Source of the DNA: Octopus bimaculoides | Lineage: Eukaryota | DNA: 64,000 nt | NCBI RefSeq assembly: GCF_001194135.2 | Contig: NC_068984.1 | Location: 118,106,768-118,170,767 of the forward strand | Direction of reading: 5' to 3' | Shown here: piece after piece, positions 24,156 to 36,267 of the stretch | How positions within the stretch are numbered: position 1 is the first letter of the stretch | Layout of the letters: each line of letters starts with the position of its first letter | Position numbers and translations under genes: made by a program | Notes under the pieces: model-generated | What the model was told of the DNA's origin: nothing | Database searches by the model: none | What the model saw: only the letters and a program-made list of their open reading frames with translations

Positions 24156-24285
24156 TAATCTTACAGCTGTTTCGGCCTAGCGTTGGCATGCCCCATTCTA
24201 TCCGGAAAGCTCCTGCCGGAGTAATTAGCGGATGAAATGCTGAAATGGGGGTACTTGCACGATTCGCTAGGCCTCTTCAGAGATT
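24156..24285 (-). ncRNA. Type I hammerhead ribozyme with an 82-nt insert in loop II
   Basis: Minus strand: AATCT-CTGAAGA-GGCCTAGCG-[82 nt]-CGCTAGGCC-GAA-ACAGCTGT-A-AGATT. All core nucleotides intact, 5-bp stem I, 9-bp stem II closed by G10.1-C11.1, palindromic stem III, GTA triplet. Confidence 0.8.
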
Positions 24286-25530
24286 CACAAAAAATTCCAT
24301 ACAAATATACAGTAAGAGATAAAAACAAAAATGAAATAGAAATAAAAATAAAAATAAGGGTATAGCAAGAATAAAATAAAAAATAAATAAATGAAAAATG
24401 AAAATATAACATATAAAAGATACAAAAATATAAAATATAAAAATATAAGGTACATAAAAAGCCTACAAACAGTACATGAGGTCATACAAATAGCTATAGA
24501 CATTCCAATATATAAGTCCGTGTGCATAACCATTCTTAGATGTTCAATGATTCAAGATCATATATATATATATATGTGAGTACACGTGTGTCTATATCCA
24601 TATATATGTTTCACATATTTTCACAGTTCAATTAATTGCTTGTAGTTTTTATGTTTTTTTATTAATCGTATTCTAGCCAGTTTTATTAGACACACCTTCT
24701 CGAGATTGTTATATAAGCAGTTAAGTATATAACCAGGTTTATCTTTAATATAAATAGCTATAAGCTTGAAGTCTTGGATTTTGCTGGATAAAACTAGCTA
24801 GTAATTAAGACAAAAAAATTACGATCTTTTTGCGTACGTCATTTGCATTTAATTTATCTTAATTCTTAAATTTAGTTAATTAAACTTAATCTCCGTCAAT
24901 AGTTTATTTATGTTACTTCCCTTAACTCAAGTCTGTATAATATCACGCAATACCCTGATGCCCTAAAAAAAACCTGGAAATCCTTTCTCTGTATGTACCA
25001 AAAAAATCCCTTCTATTGTCAACTTATCACATGTCTGCTTACTATGCTTCGATAATATAAAAACATGGTCATTGCTCTCAGATCTGGCTAACAGAGATCA
25101 GACTTTCACATACACTTGAGACATAAATTATATCAGTTAATTCTTAATTTCATGAAAATATCTTCCATTTACCTTCTGAGTCGCAAACGACCGCCAATAG
25201 TTTTTAGGTTTCCTTTACAAGCTGATGGGAAACTTCTCGATTTATTAAGAAGAATCCTGCGGATGTCAATTACTACGTCTGCATCTGTTTCATTTTCCAT
25301 CGGTCCAATTAAACAAACGCTCACTTACGTACAAATTCAATCAGTGACACTACACTAACGTATTGTACAACATCCAGTGACAAACAACGTGCGAAAATTT
25401 GAAATTTACTTATTGAATTATAACCGAATTCTGCCAACAATAAACTATATTACTTTAACAGAATATACAAATTACTGTTAGCGTAGCTTTCATTTGCAAT
25501 ATCAATGGGTATATACATATATACATATAC

Positions 25531-25623
<93 letters not shown>

Positions 25624-26440
25624 TAGATAGATAGATAGATTAGATAGGTAGGTAGGTACGTAGGTAGGTAGACAGACAGACAGACAGACAAACAGATAGA
25701 TAGTTACACACAAAAATGCACTCATTATATATTTATACTTACATACGAATATATACAAGTATGTATACGTATATGCATATACACATATATCTATGTATAA
25801 ATGCATATATATACGTATATGTATGTATGCATGTATGTATGTATGTATGTATGAAATAATGGCTGAAAATGGATAACTGTCGATGGTTCAGGTTTGGATA
25901 CGATGTCGAATAATGTCAAGTCTCCATTGAAGATATTTCGATATATGCGTAAATACCTTCTTGTGAACTTCATAAACCCTTCTTGGGTATAATGAATAAG
26001 CAATAGACGCCAAACCCCTTGTGATTGGCCGAAGATGCAGGGAAGCACAATTTCAATCTTATTCATTTGTTTTTCATATTTTTCTCAATCGTATCAAATG
26101 GACAGTTGACTAACATAGCAAGTCCGTAAGGGATATTATGTCAAGAAAAGTTCAACAGTGACTTGTCTATCGACAATGTATATACATCAAGTATGATACA
26201 TGGATGGCTATTTAATTTAATTACTGTCCCAATTACGTAAACCGGATTCACATTCTCCTATATCAAAGACGTGTAATTTTTGCCAAAGCTTGTAGCTAAT
26301 GGCAAGTAGGTACTATTGATAAGGCCCAAGAAGGCCGAAGTGCATCTGCTACTTTCGCTAGCCGCTATAGGGTCGATTTTTTTAGTCTCTCTCTGATATG
26401 TAGGGTATCTCAGGACACATATGGCAATAACTAGCCTATC

Positions 26441-26500
<60 letters not shown>

Positions 26501-26897
26501 NNNNNNNNNNNNNNNNNNNNNNNNNNNNNNNNNNNNNNNNNNNNNNNNNNNNNNNNNNNNNNNNNNNNNNNNNNNNNNNNNNNNNNNNNNNNNNNNNNNN
26601 NNNNNNNNNNNNNNNNNNNNNNNNNNNNNNNNNNNNNNNNNNNNNNNNNNNNNNNNNNNNNNNNNNNNNNNNNNNNNNNNNNNNNNNNNNNNNNNNNNNN
26701 NNNNNNNNNNNNNNNNNNNNNNNNNNNNNNNNNNNNNNNNNNNNNNNNNNNNNNNNNNNNNNNNNNNNNNNNNNNNNNNNNNNNNNNNNNNNNNNNNNNN
26801 NNNNNNNNNNNNNNNNNNNNNNNNNNNNNNNNNNNNNNNNNNNNNNNNNNNNNNNNNNNNNNNNNNNNNNNNNNNNNNNNNNNNNNNNNNNNNNNNN

Positions 26898-26931
<34 letters not shown>

Positions 26932-28116
26932 CTACAGACATTTGATCGAAATCATTTGACTGAAAATCCACTGAACAAAATAAAGAATTTTAGTTCATAT
27001 ATTAAAATCAACAATTAATCAAATTATAAGAAATTATTTAAATAATTTCATTTTTAAGCTTTATATTCTCACGTCTTGTTAAATATTTAATAACAATGTT
27101 TAAAAATAAAATAAAATAAAATAAATTTATAATGATATCGGTATTCGGGTAAATATTGTATAGGTTTCATAGAATTATTTCCACAATACTGTAAATATAT
27201 AGCGGAGCATAACATGAATGCGTGTGGTTTTATTTTATAATTTTGTTGAACTGCGAAATCCTTCGTATATAAAACACATTGGCATAATTTTAAATATTCT
27301 CTTACTAAAGATGTTGTACCAGCAATGATAAGCACCGTAGACGGCATTAACATGAACTAAAACGATTTTTAAACAGTAACTAACAGATATGGCACATACC
27401 TGCAGTTGCACTAAAACGTTTTAATTTTTTAAATTATTGTAGCCAAACGTAACCTTTACCGTAAACAATTTATTTTAATACATTAGCATCTTCGATTAAC
27501 TGTTGATACAAGCAATTATTAAGTCCACCAATTCCAATTTTTTTTTTCTGTTCAACTATTTTCGATAAATTGAAATTGCGTGTATGTGTGTGCTTATGTA
27601 TATATGTATGTTTACACATATTAACACATACAATTATATACAGATTATACAAATGAATATACTGTATGTAAATGGAAACAAATGCTGCACTAAATCACCT
27701 CAGACTCCAATGAAAAATTTCTTAAAAGTTCACTATTTAACTATTAATTTTTACTTTCATTTTGAACTGCTATGAATTCCGACAAAGTTGTTTAAGCATT
27801 AATGAGAATCGTCATTGGATCAAATAATGTATATTAGAAATTTCTGGAGGAGAAATCCACACAGCACTCCGATCAGAATTAAATCCACTATCAAGTTTCT
27901 TTGAAGATCACCCAAGAAGATGTTTACCAAGAACTATTTCTTTGAATGTGCCTGTTCTTCAATAAGTCACATCTATACATATATCAATAACATGTATGTA
28001 GAAGGCTGACAACTGGCCCTTGAAATTCTTCTAAATACATATCGCTAAGAATTTAAAAACCAATATAATAGTGACACATGTCAGAATGTTATTTAATGTT
28101 ACTGTAAATATAAACC

Positions 28117-28506
28117 CGTGGAGTCGCAATGGCCCAGTGGTTAGGGCAGCGGACTCGCGGTCATAGGATCGCGGTTTCGAGTCCCAAACCGGGCGTTGTG
28201 AGTGTTTATTGAGCGAAAACACCTAAAGCTCTACGAGGCTCCGGCAGGGGATGGTGGCGAACCCTGCTGTACTCTTTCACCACAACTTTCTCTCGCTCTT
28301 ACTTCCTGTTTCTGTTGTGCCTGTAATCTAAGGGTCAGCCTTGTCACACTGTGTCACGCTGAATATCTCCGAGAACTACGTTAAGGGTACACGTGTCTGT
28401 GGAGTGCTCAGCCACTTGCACGTTAATTTCACGAGCAGGCTGTTCCGTTGATCGGATCAACTGGAACCCTCGACGTCGTAAGCGACGGAGTGCCAACAAC
28501 AACAAC
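28117..28506 (+). mobile_element. SINE family C, intact copy with tRNA-Arg-like head, (AAC)n tail and 11-bp TSD
   Basis: A-box TGGCCCAGTGG, anticodon-loop-like GACTCGCGGTC (TCG), B-box GGTTTCGAGTCCC, (AAC)n tail, perfect TSD AAATATAAACC at 28106-28116 and 28507-28517. Confidence 0.92.
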
Positions 28507-29197
28507 AAATATAAACCTATAATCTTATTCCAACACTGTACGGTTTAAGTAATATGGGGAAAAACTGCGTTCAGTTAATACAAAACAATGCTGCAATAAG
28601 CATGTCCGTTGTCTGCTTTGAACAGTTTTCGTGACTTGAGTTTTTTTCTGGGGTGAGGCTGCTAACCTGCATCCAAACCACGTGTATTAAGAAAATAGAC
28701 TGTAAGTGGAGCTTTGCCTGTTGACTGCTGCTGAAGTCTACAAAATAGAGTGTTAGTCGGCTTCAGTTACGGACACCTGGTTGTTGGTTTTCTCGGGACT
28801 CCTCTGCCCAGGCTGCGATTCCTTCACCGCAGCTCTTGTATGGTATACCTCCTAAGGCCATCCAAGCCACTGAGCAAAGCAACACAAATTCAAAGTGCTA
28901 CATAAGAAGAGAATATTGACAGTGACTAGTTTGAAGTCGCCATGAGCGACCGACAGGGTGCTTGTTATCGCCAATTCTTTTCATACTGGTCATTAATTGG
29001 GTCCTGAAGAAAGCTATCTAAGGTCAAGGGTTTTAACTGTGAGACCACCGTTATCTTCACTTTTCTCTCACTCTCCCTTCTGTATTTATGTCTCTCTCTT
29101 CATGTGTTTTCCATTCTCTATCTCTCCCTTTTTCCCTATTCCAGAAAGAGAGAGAGAGAGACAGAGAGAGAGAGACAGAGAGAGAGAGACAGAGAGA

Positions 29198-29516
29198 GAG
29201 TAAGTAGGTGAGAGAGAGAGAGTAAGTAGGTGAGAGAGAGAGTAAGTAGGTGAGAGAGAGAGAGTAAGTAGGTGAGAGAGAGAGAGAGAGTAAGTAGGTG
29301 AGAGAGAGAGTAAGTAGGTGAGAGAGAGAGTAAGTAGGTGAGAGAGAGAGAGTAAGTAGGTGAGAGAGAGAGTAAGTAGGTGAGAGAGAGAGAGTAAGTA
29401 GGTGAGAGAGAGAGTAAGTAGGTGAGAGAGAGTAAGTAGGTGAGAGAGAGTAAGTAGGTGAGAGAGAGAGTAAGTAGGTGAGAGAGAGTAAGTAGGTGAG
29501 AGAGAGTAAGTAGGTG

Positions 29517-29517
<1 letters not shown>
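29198..29517. repeat. Compound minisatellite [GTAAGTAGGT(GA)n] x16
   Basis: Sixteen TAAGTAGGT cores counted, separated by variable (GA)n runs, between (GA)n and (GACA)n tracts. Confidence 0.97.
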
Positions 29518-29567
<50 letters not shown>

Positions 29568-31045
29568 AAGAAAAGTAGGAAGAAGGAGTGAAGCAAATAG
29601 AAAGAGAAAGAAGGAATAATATCGAAATATTAGAGGCACTGAAGGAGGGAGAAAAACGGAGTTTATTGACCTACATATATAATAAGAGTGAAAATTGTAA
29701 TACTGTCTTTCAAGTATTGAGTTCTTTTTACTCGTCCTTGTATGTATCCATGCAGAAAGATGTTTCCTGATACATGTAGATTTTTTATACATGTGGATTA
29801 CATTCTTTCAAAGAGGTTTCCACACATTCTCAATCTACCCAATTTTCCTGACAAAGGCTGGGATCGGTTAGATACCATGGTAGAAGGCATTGCGCGGTAA
29901 ACAGAACAAGGTGTCTAGTTACGAAGTCAACTTCTCAGTCATTCAAACATGTCTGTATCTTCAGCGACGAAGTAAATCCTGGTAAAGAGTACAACGAGCA
30001 GTTGCTGTTCATAAATTTGAGAGATACCACGAATTAAACCGAAGTCTTCTATCATTGCATTACATACAGCTGTGTTCTGGCATAATCCGGATTGGCATTA
30101 TTCTCGAAAGCCTATTTTACACATCGGTTTGGTTTCATTTTTGAAAAGCATATGTGCAGAAGTCTGATCGTTCAAATTTAAGGTTGAAATCCTTGTCACA
30201 TGCAGTTTAGTCCGATTAATCGATTTTTTTTTCTCCTCGCGGCATGAAATCCCTTTTTCTCAACCTTTCTGTCTTTTAGATGCTCGTTCTTCTCTAGTAT
30301 CGAATGGACACAAGCCGAGAAACACATAAACACATACGCGCGAACAATAACTTCCTGTAGAAAAAGAATTAAAATAGTTAGAAAGAGAAAATAAAACGTT
30401 CTTAAAATTGTTATAGACACAACTCTCTTATTTTTATTTCCAAACAAATTAAATTACCAGCACGTTGGTGAAACATAACTTCGTTAAACTAACCATCAAA
30501 CATGGCGCATGTATAAAATTTCACTGCTTAAATCAATCCACACACACTTTCAAAATATTAATCTGTGTGTGACTTCCTAATCTAGAACTATACGTATTTT
30601 AGCTTTTATTATTTTTTGCTTTTTATCCGATAGTTAAATATGTTTGATACTTCCATGTCGTGTCTTGCTTTCTCGTATTCTTTTGTTGATAAGAGATTTT
30701 CTTGCCCAAATAAATAAATAAATAAATAATAGTATTTCCAATATAAATATGCAATGCGAAAGTTCAAAATTGTCAATAATTCTTCCAGTAGTTCTCGGTT
30801 GAATCAATATTTTTATATAATATCAAATGTATTCGTCCCAAAATCATTTGCTCTTTTATGGAAATTTACATTGTGTTGACGTCATAAGAATTTAGAAACT
30901 TCAAGAACGTGAAATAATCCTTTTTAGGAACAATGAATCTCGAAGCTAAGAAAACTGTAAATAATAGCCTTCGAAGGCTTCGTTTTTGTCTATCCAAAGT
31001 GTTTTTAATCCAGTATCTACATGCTATTACTAAAGCCTTGTTTAA

Positions 31046-31710
31046 GGCGGCGGGCTGGCAGAATCGTTACCACGCTGGGCAAAATGCTGCGCGGCATTTC
31101 GTCCATTCTTACGTTCTGAGGTCAAATTCTGCCGAGGTCGACTTTGCCTTTCAGCCTTTCGGGGTCGATGAAATAAGTACCAGTTAAGGACTGGGGTCGA
31201 TGTAATCGACTAACCCTCTCCCCAAAATTTCAGGCCTTGTACCAATAGTAAAAAGGATTATTAAATCCTTGTTTAAGGTGGCTGGCTGGCAGAATCGTTA
31301 GCACCCGGGGCAAAATGCTTAGCGGTATTTCGTCTGCTGCTACGTTCTGAGTTCAAATTCCGCCGAGGTCGACTTTGCCTTTCATCCCTTTCGGAGTCGA
31401 TAAATTAAGTACCAGTTACGCACTGGGGTTGATGTAATCAACTTAATCCCTTTGTCTGTCCTTGTTTTTCCACTCTATGTTTAGCCCCTTGTGGGCAATA
31501 AAGAAATAAAAATCGTTAGCACCCTGGGCAAAATGCTTAGCGATGTCTCGTCCGTCCTTACGTTCTGAATTCAAATTCCGCCGAGGTTGATTTTGCCTTT
31601 CATCCTTTCGGGGTCGATAAAATAAATACTTGTTGATTTCTGGGTCGATGTAAGTGACTTATCACCTCCCCTGAAATTGCTAGCCTTGTGCTAAACTCTG
31701 AAACATAGAT
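31046..31710 (+). mobile_element. Head-to-tail array of three SINE A copies (tails A2, A1, A2)
   Basis: Copies start at about 31046, 31277 and 31511. The first two are each preceded by AAA(G/T)CCTTGTTTAAGG, consistent with a TSD. Confidence 0.92.
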
Positions 31711-32704
31711 AGTATTGACAACGACTTCCAAGTTTTGACCTGTCAATACTCTACAAAAAGTATTGAGTATCCTTCAGGTTTTATCATAACTTGCCATAAA
31801 AAACATAACTTTCTCTTGGACATTTGGGTAACTGATGGGGTAAGGCAACGTAGAATAAAGTGAAATACTTTCAGTTGATTTGAACTCGTGCCTAATGAGT
31901 TCTGGTCCAAACTTTATTTACTCGGGAAATTTATATATAATTCGGTTTGATATAAGTATGATCCCCAACAGTTCTTGAGGGTGGAGGCTAATTATGAGGT
32001 GAAATTGTATCATTAGTAAGATTAGGAAGTCACACAGATTATTTTTTTGAAATGAGTTGACTTTCAGATATATGGAAAATTGATCGTAAACTAGTTTTTT
32101 CTCTGTCGCTCAGTACTCAGACAAATATAGTATCATGATTTCTTTTAACCAGGCTAAAAAAAAACATTTGAACAAAGAAATATTTAAAATGCAAGTCTCC
32201 CTGGACATTACCGTCTCGAATTCTAAGACTTATAGGACCGGTTACCCGGCGTACAAGTGACCGTGATCACAATATTCCCGCTGATTGAGATACCAGTTCG
32301 TCACAGGAATACGCATTACCGCTGAGTGAGCAAGAGCAATGTGAAGTGAAATGTTTCACTCAAGAACACAACGTACCACCCAGTCCACTCAAATCGCCAG
32401 ACGACGCGCCTTTACCAAAGAAATATTAGAGAAATAAAAACGATACGTTGTGACATTAAAACTTTCCCTAAGTGCTTTAACGTATGTATAAACGAATGAT
32501 GAGAAAGGGGAATTGACAGGGGAAATGAATACAGGGAAGGCTCTACTAAAAAAAAACAAAAAAACATAGTAAACAAACATTAAAACAGCATAAATGAAAT
32601 TTGGAGACATGAAGTCTTGTGATAAAACAAAGACGATCTAAAACTTGATAATACTTGCTAACTGTTATTTTCTCTTTACATAAACACTTTTTATTTCAGT
32701 ATTA

Positions 32705-33055
32705 TAGTGCTTCCCAACCCCGCGGTTTTAGGTTCGCATCGCGGCCACTTGGGGAAGTGTTTTTTAGTATAGTCCCGGGCTGACCAAAGCCTTGTGAGTG
32801 GGGTTTGGTGTACAGAAACTGAAAGAAGACCGCAGTGTGCATGTATGTATGTATGTATGTATTTGTGTTGTGTCTGTCCTCTACCACAACTTGACAACCA
32901 ATGTTGTTTTGCTTACATCCCCGTAACTTAGCGGTTCGGTAAAAGAGGCCTATAGAATTTTAAAAAAAAGATGTACTAGAGTCGACATAGTCGACAAAGA
33001 CCTTCAAGGCAACGCCTCAGCATGACCACAGTCCAAACAAGTAAAAGATTAGAAA
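32705..33055 (+). mobile_element. SINE family B copy
   Basis: GACCAAAGCCTTGTGAGTGG...CAGAAACTGAAAGAAG, CCCCGTAACTTAGCGGTTCGG, GTCGACATAGTCGAC, CAGCATGACCACAGTC tail. Confidence 0.8.
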
Positions 33056-33609
33056 TAAAACATCGTAAGAATAGTTTCCAAGTCTTTGCCTAGCTGATTC
33101 ATGTCGATTTGGATGAAAGAAGAATTTTCCAAGTGGAACTCAAACTCAGATCCTATGTATTATAAAAGATTAAAATATTGCGATATATTGTTGTTGTCGT
33201 TGTTGTTTAGATCCAGGTCAGACTTAAACAACAGGCTCAATAGTCTTTAACTCAAACTTAATAAATCTATGCCCATGATGTATCTTTACTTGCAAGGACA
33301 ACAGTTCTCATCCAAAGGATTCAGGGGGACCCCTTTGGAGAGGTTCCACAAAGATAGTACTGAAGATCTATAAGCTGTAGAAAATTACCTCACTACATAG
33401 TTATGTGTGCAGACTTCCTCCTAGCTGTTTTTCTATAATCAGAATATGGAACCAGGAATGAATGAGGAACCTATTCTACAATTAAAAGTACCTTCTGTTG
33501 AACCCGAATTTCAAAAAACCACATCAACGAAGCAACTTTAAATTTTTCATTAAACAAGATATATTTTTAATACTGTCATTTATATAATTATATATTCACT
33601 TACATATAT

Positions 33610-34080
33610 TTTGTTGTGTCTTGAGAGAGCCATTACGCCAATATTAAAATACACACAGGTTCAATTCCACTTCTTTATTGTTAGTCAATAGTTGAAATAT
33701 CTAACCAACTCACTAATCGATCGTTTGTTTAATGTGATGGTTAAACAATCAATTGGTTGTTTATTAGTCAAAGTTCTTACGTTGCTGTTCACGACCTTTT
33801 CTCTGACAGACTCAGAGCAGACATTGGAGCGAGAATAGAAGTTACTAAGTCACTGAAAAGATCGCAAATAGCGGTGAATGAACTAACAAATAACCAACTG
33901 ATTGTTTAACCAACACATTAAACAAACGATTGATAAATTAGCTGGTTAGATATGTAATCAATCGACTAACAATAAAGAAGGGGAATTGAACCTGTGCGTG
34001 TTTTATTATTGTTGGCGTAATGACTCTTCCAAAACTCACGAATTCACATCAAAAATCTTGCAAACCAAATACAAAAACTT
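33610..34080. mobile_element. Fold-back MITE with about 150-bp imperfect inverted arms
   Basis: Left arm CATTACGCCAA...CACAGGTTCAATTCCACTTCTTTATTGTTAGTC...ATCGTTTGTTTAATGTG.TGGTTAAACAATCA is mirrored in 33880-34030. Confidence 0.85.
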
Positions 34081-35189
34081 ACATATATATATATATATCT
34101 GGTTAATAACATCTACCTGTTGAGTAGATAGGAATTTCAGAATCTTGGACTTCGTAAGAAAATTTATTTAAATAGAAGGTCCTTAGTAGTGAAAATGTTA
34201 GAAACTATTGTAGTAGAGTTTGATTTAAAGGATATATCACTGCTATTTCCAGTGAATTGAGTGATCACAAAGTGGAGGCATCGGCAAATTTCTTCAAAAA
34301 GCTAGTTGCATGAGACATGGCTCATTTTCAGACAGGACGAAAAAATTCAAGGTAATTTTTCGTTAGGTGTGCCATTCAAAAATTCTCGCGGGCTGAAGGT
34401 TGTCTATGACTGGAATAGAGACACCCTCGTAGGTATGTTGTGTTTGTTCTAAACAGATATGAGGAGTAACGACAGAATAAATAACTTCATAGTTGAATAC
34501 AACATTACCAACGGAAGAAAAAAAAAACAATGAAAAACATTAAATATGGACATAATCTTCTTCTGTACCATATAAGAATTATGGGACTAGAATATGAAAT
34601 AACTTGTAGTTACTTGTATTAATTTTTGTGTTCTTGTAATTGTTTTGCTGTTTTATCTTTTATTTATGTATTTATCTATTTATTTATTGTTTTCGGGAGA
34701 AAGAAGGTTATTCATGTCGGCATTAGTTCGATTCTGCAAAAAAAAAAAGACAAAGAAAAGAAATTTCAGCTGTCAATGCTTTGGATAATTGTCAGTAGAA
34801 AATTTTTAACAAGAAAGATATTGGTTTTTCGATTCGACGCATTGTCACAGCATCTTGTTTTATTTTATGTATAAGTTGTTTGCTGCCGTTGCTGCTGCTG
34901 CTGCTGCTGCTGTTGATATTGCTGTTGTTGTCGTTGTTGCTGTTGTTGCTGTTTGTTGATGTTGTTTCTGCTGCTGTTGTTTAATGACAGTTATCTTCTC
35001 CGAATCAATAAAAGCGAAAATGCTGAAGATGTGTCCATTGCAAGAATGGACTGGCTTACTGAATAGTTCAAGTAATAAGAATCGATAAAGCATAACTGTA
35101 CATTCTTGTCATCTTCAAGGCTACTGTAGATTTATAGATTTGCTTTCGCTTTTCAGAAATTCACCCATTTTTACAATGAATTATATAAG

Positions 35190-35654
35190 GCGCTAGCGTG
35201 ACTGTGCGGTTAAGAAGCTCACTTAGTAACCACGTGGTTTTCAGTTCAGTCCTACAGCTCAGTACCTCCTTCTACAACTCAGGACCGACCAATGCCATAT
35301 TAGTGAATTTGGTAGACAGAAACTGTATGGGGGTCGACTTTGCCTTTCATCCTTTCGAAGTCGATAAATTAAGTACCAGTTACGCACTGGGGTCGATGTA
35401 ATCGACTTAATCCCTTTGTCTGTCCTTGTTTGTCCCCTCTGTGTTTAGCCCCCTGTGGGCAGTAAAGAAATAAGGAACTGTATGGGAGTCCGTTATGTGT
35501 GTGTGTATTCTTTTATTCATTTACTTGTTTCACTCATTTGATTGCGACCATGCTAGCGCACCGCCTTAAAGGGATTTTTAGTCGAAGAAATCGATCCCAG
35601 GACTTATTCTTTGTAAGCCTAATACTTATTCTATCGGTATCCTTTGCTGAACAG
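35190..35654. mobile_element. SINE B head interrupted by a 5'-truncated SINE A1, followed by an inverted SINE B 3' part
   Basis: A1 insert at about 35332-35474 is flanked by AACTGTATGGG at 35321-35331 and 35476-35486. Confidence 0.85.
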
Positions 35655-36209
35655 NNNNNNNNNNNNNNNNNNNNNNNNNNNNNNNNNNNNNNNNNNNNNN
35701 NNNNNNNNNNNNNNNNNNNNNNNNNNNNNNNNNNNNNNNNNNNNNNNNNNNNNNNNNNNNNNNNNNNNNNNNNNNNNNNNNNNNNNNNNNNNNNNNNNNN
35801 NNNNNNNNNNNNNNNNNNNNNNNNNNNNNNNNNNNNNNNNNNNNNNNNNNNNNNNNNNNNNNNNNNNNNNNNNNNNNNNNNNNNNNNNNNNNNNNNNNNN
35901 NNNNNNNNNNNNNNNNNNNNNNNNNNNNNNNNNNNNNNNNNNNNNNNNNNNNNNNNNNNNNNNNNNNNNNNNNNNNNNNNNNNNNNNNNNNNNNNNNNNN
36001 NNNNNNNNNNNNNNNNNNNNNNNNNNNNNNNNNNNNNNNNNNNNNNNNNNNNNNNNNNNNNNNNNNNNNNNNNNNNNNNNNNNNNNNNNNNNNNNNNNNN
36101 NNNNNNNNNNNNNNNNNNNNNNNNNNNNNNNNNNNNNNNNNNNNNNNNNNNNNNNNNNNNNNNNNNNNNNNNNNNNNNNNNNNNNNNNNNNATTAAAACG
36201 AAAGCTAAA

Positions 36210-36267
<58 letters not shown>

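Noticed and set aside
28120-28195. tRNA-Arg gene
   Set aside because: The acceptor stem does not pair and the sequence continues into a SINE body with a TSD. It is a SINE head, as are the other tRNA-like segments.
29198-29517. CRISPR-like repeat-spacer array
   Set aside because: The spacers are only variable-length (GA)n, the context is eukaryotic and there are no cas genes.
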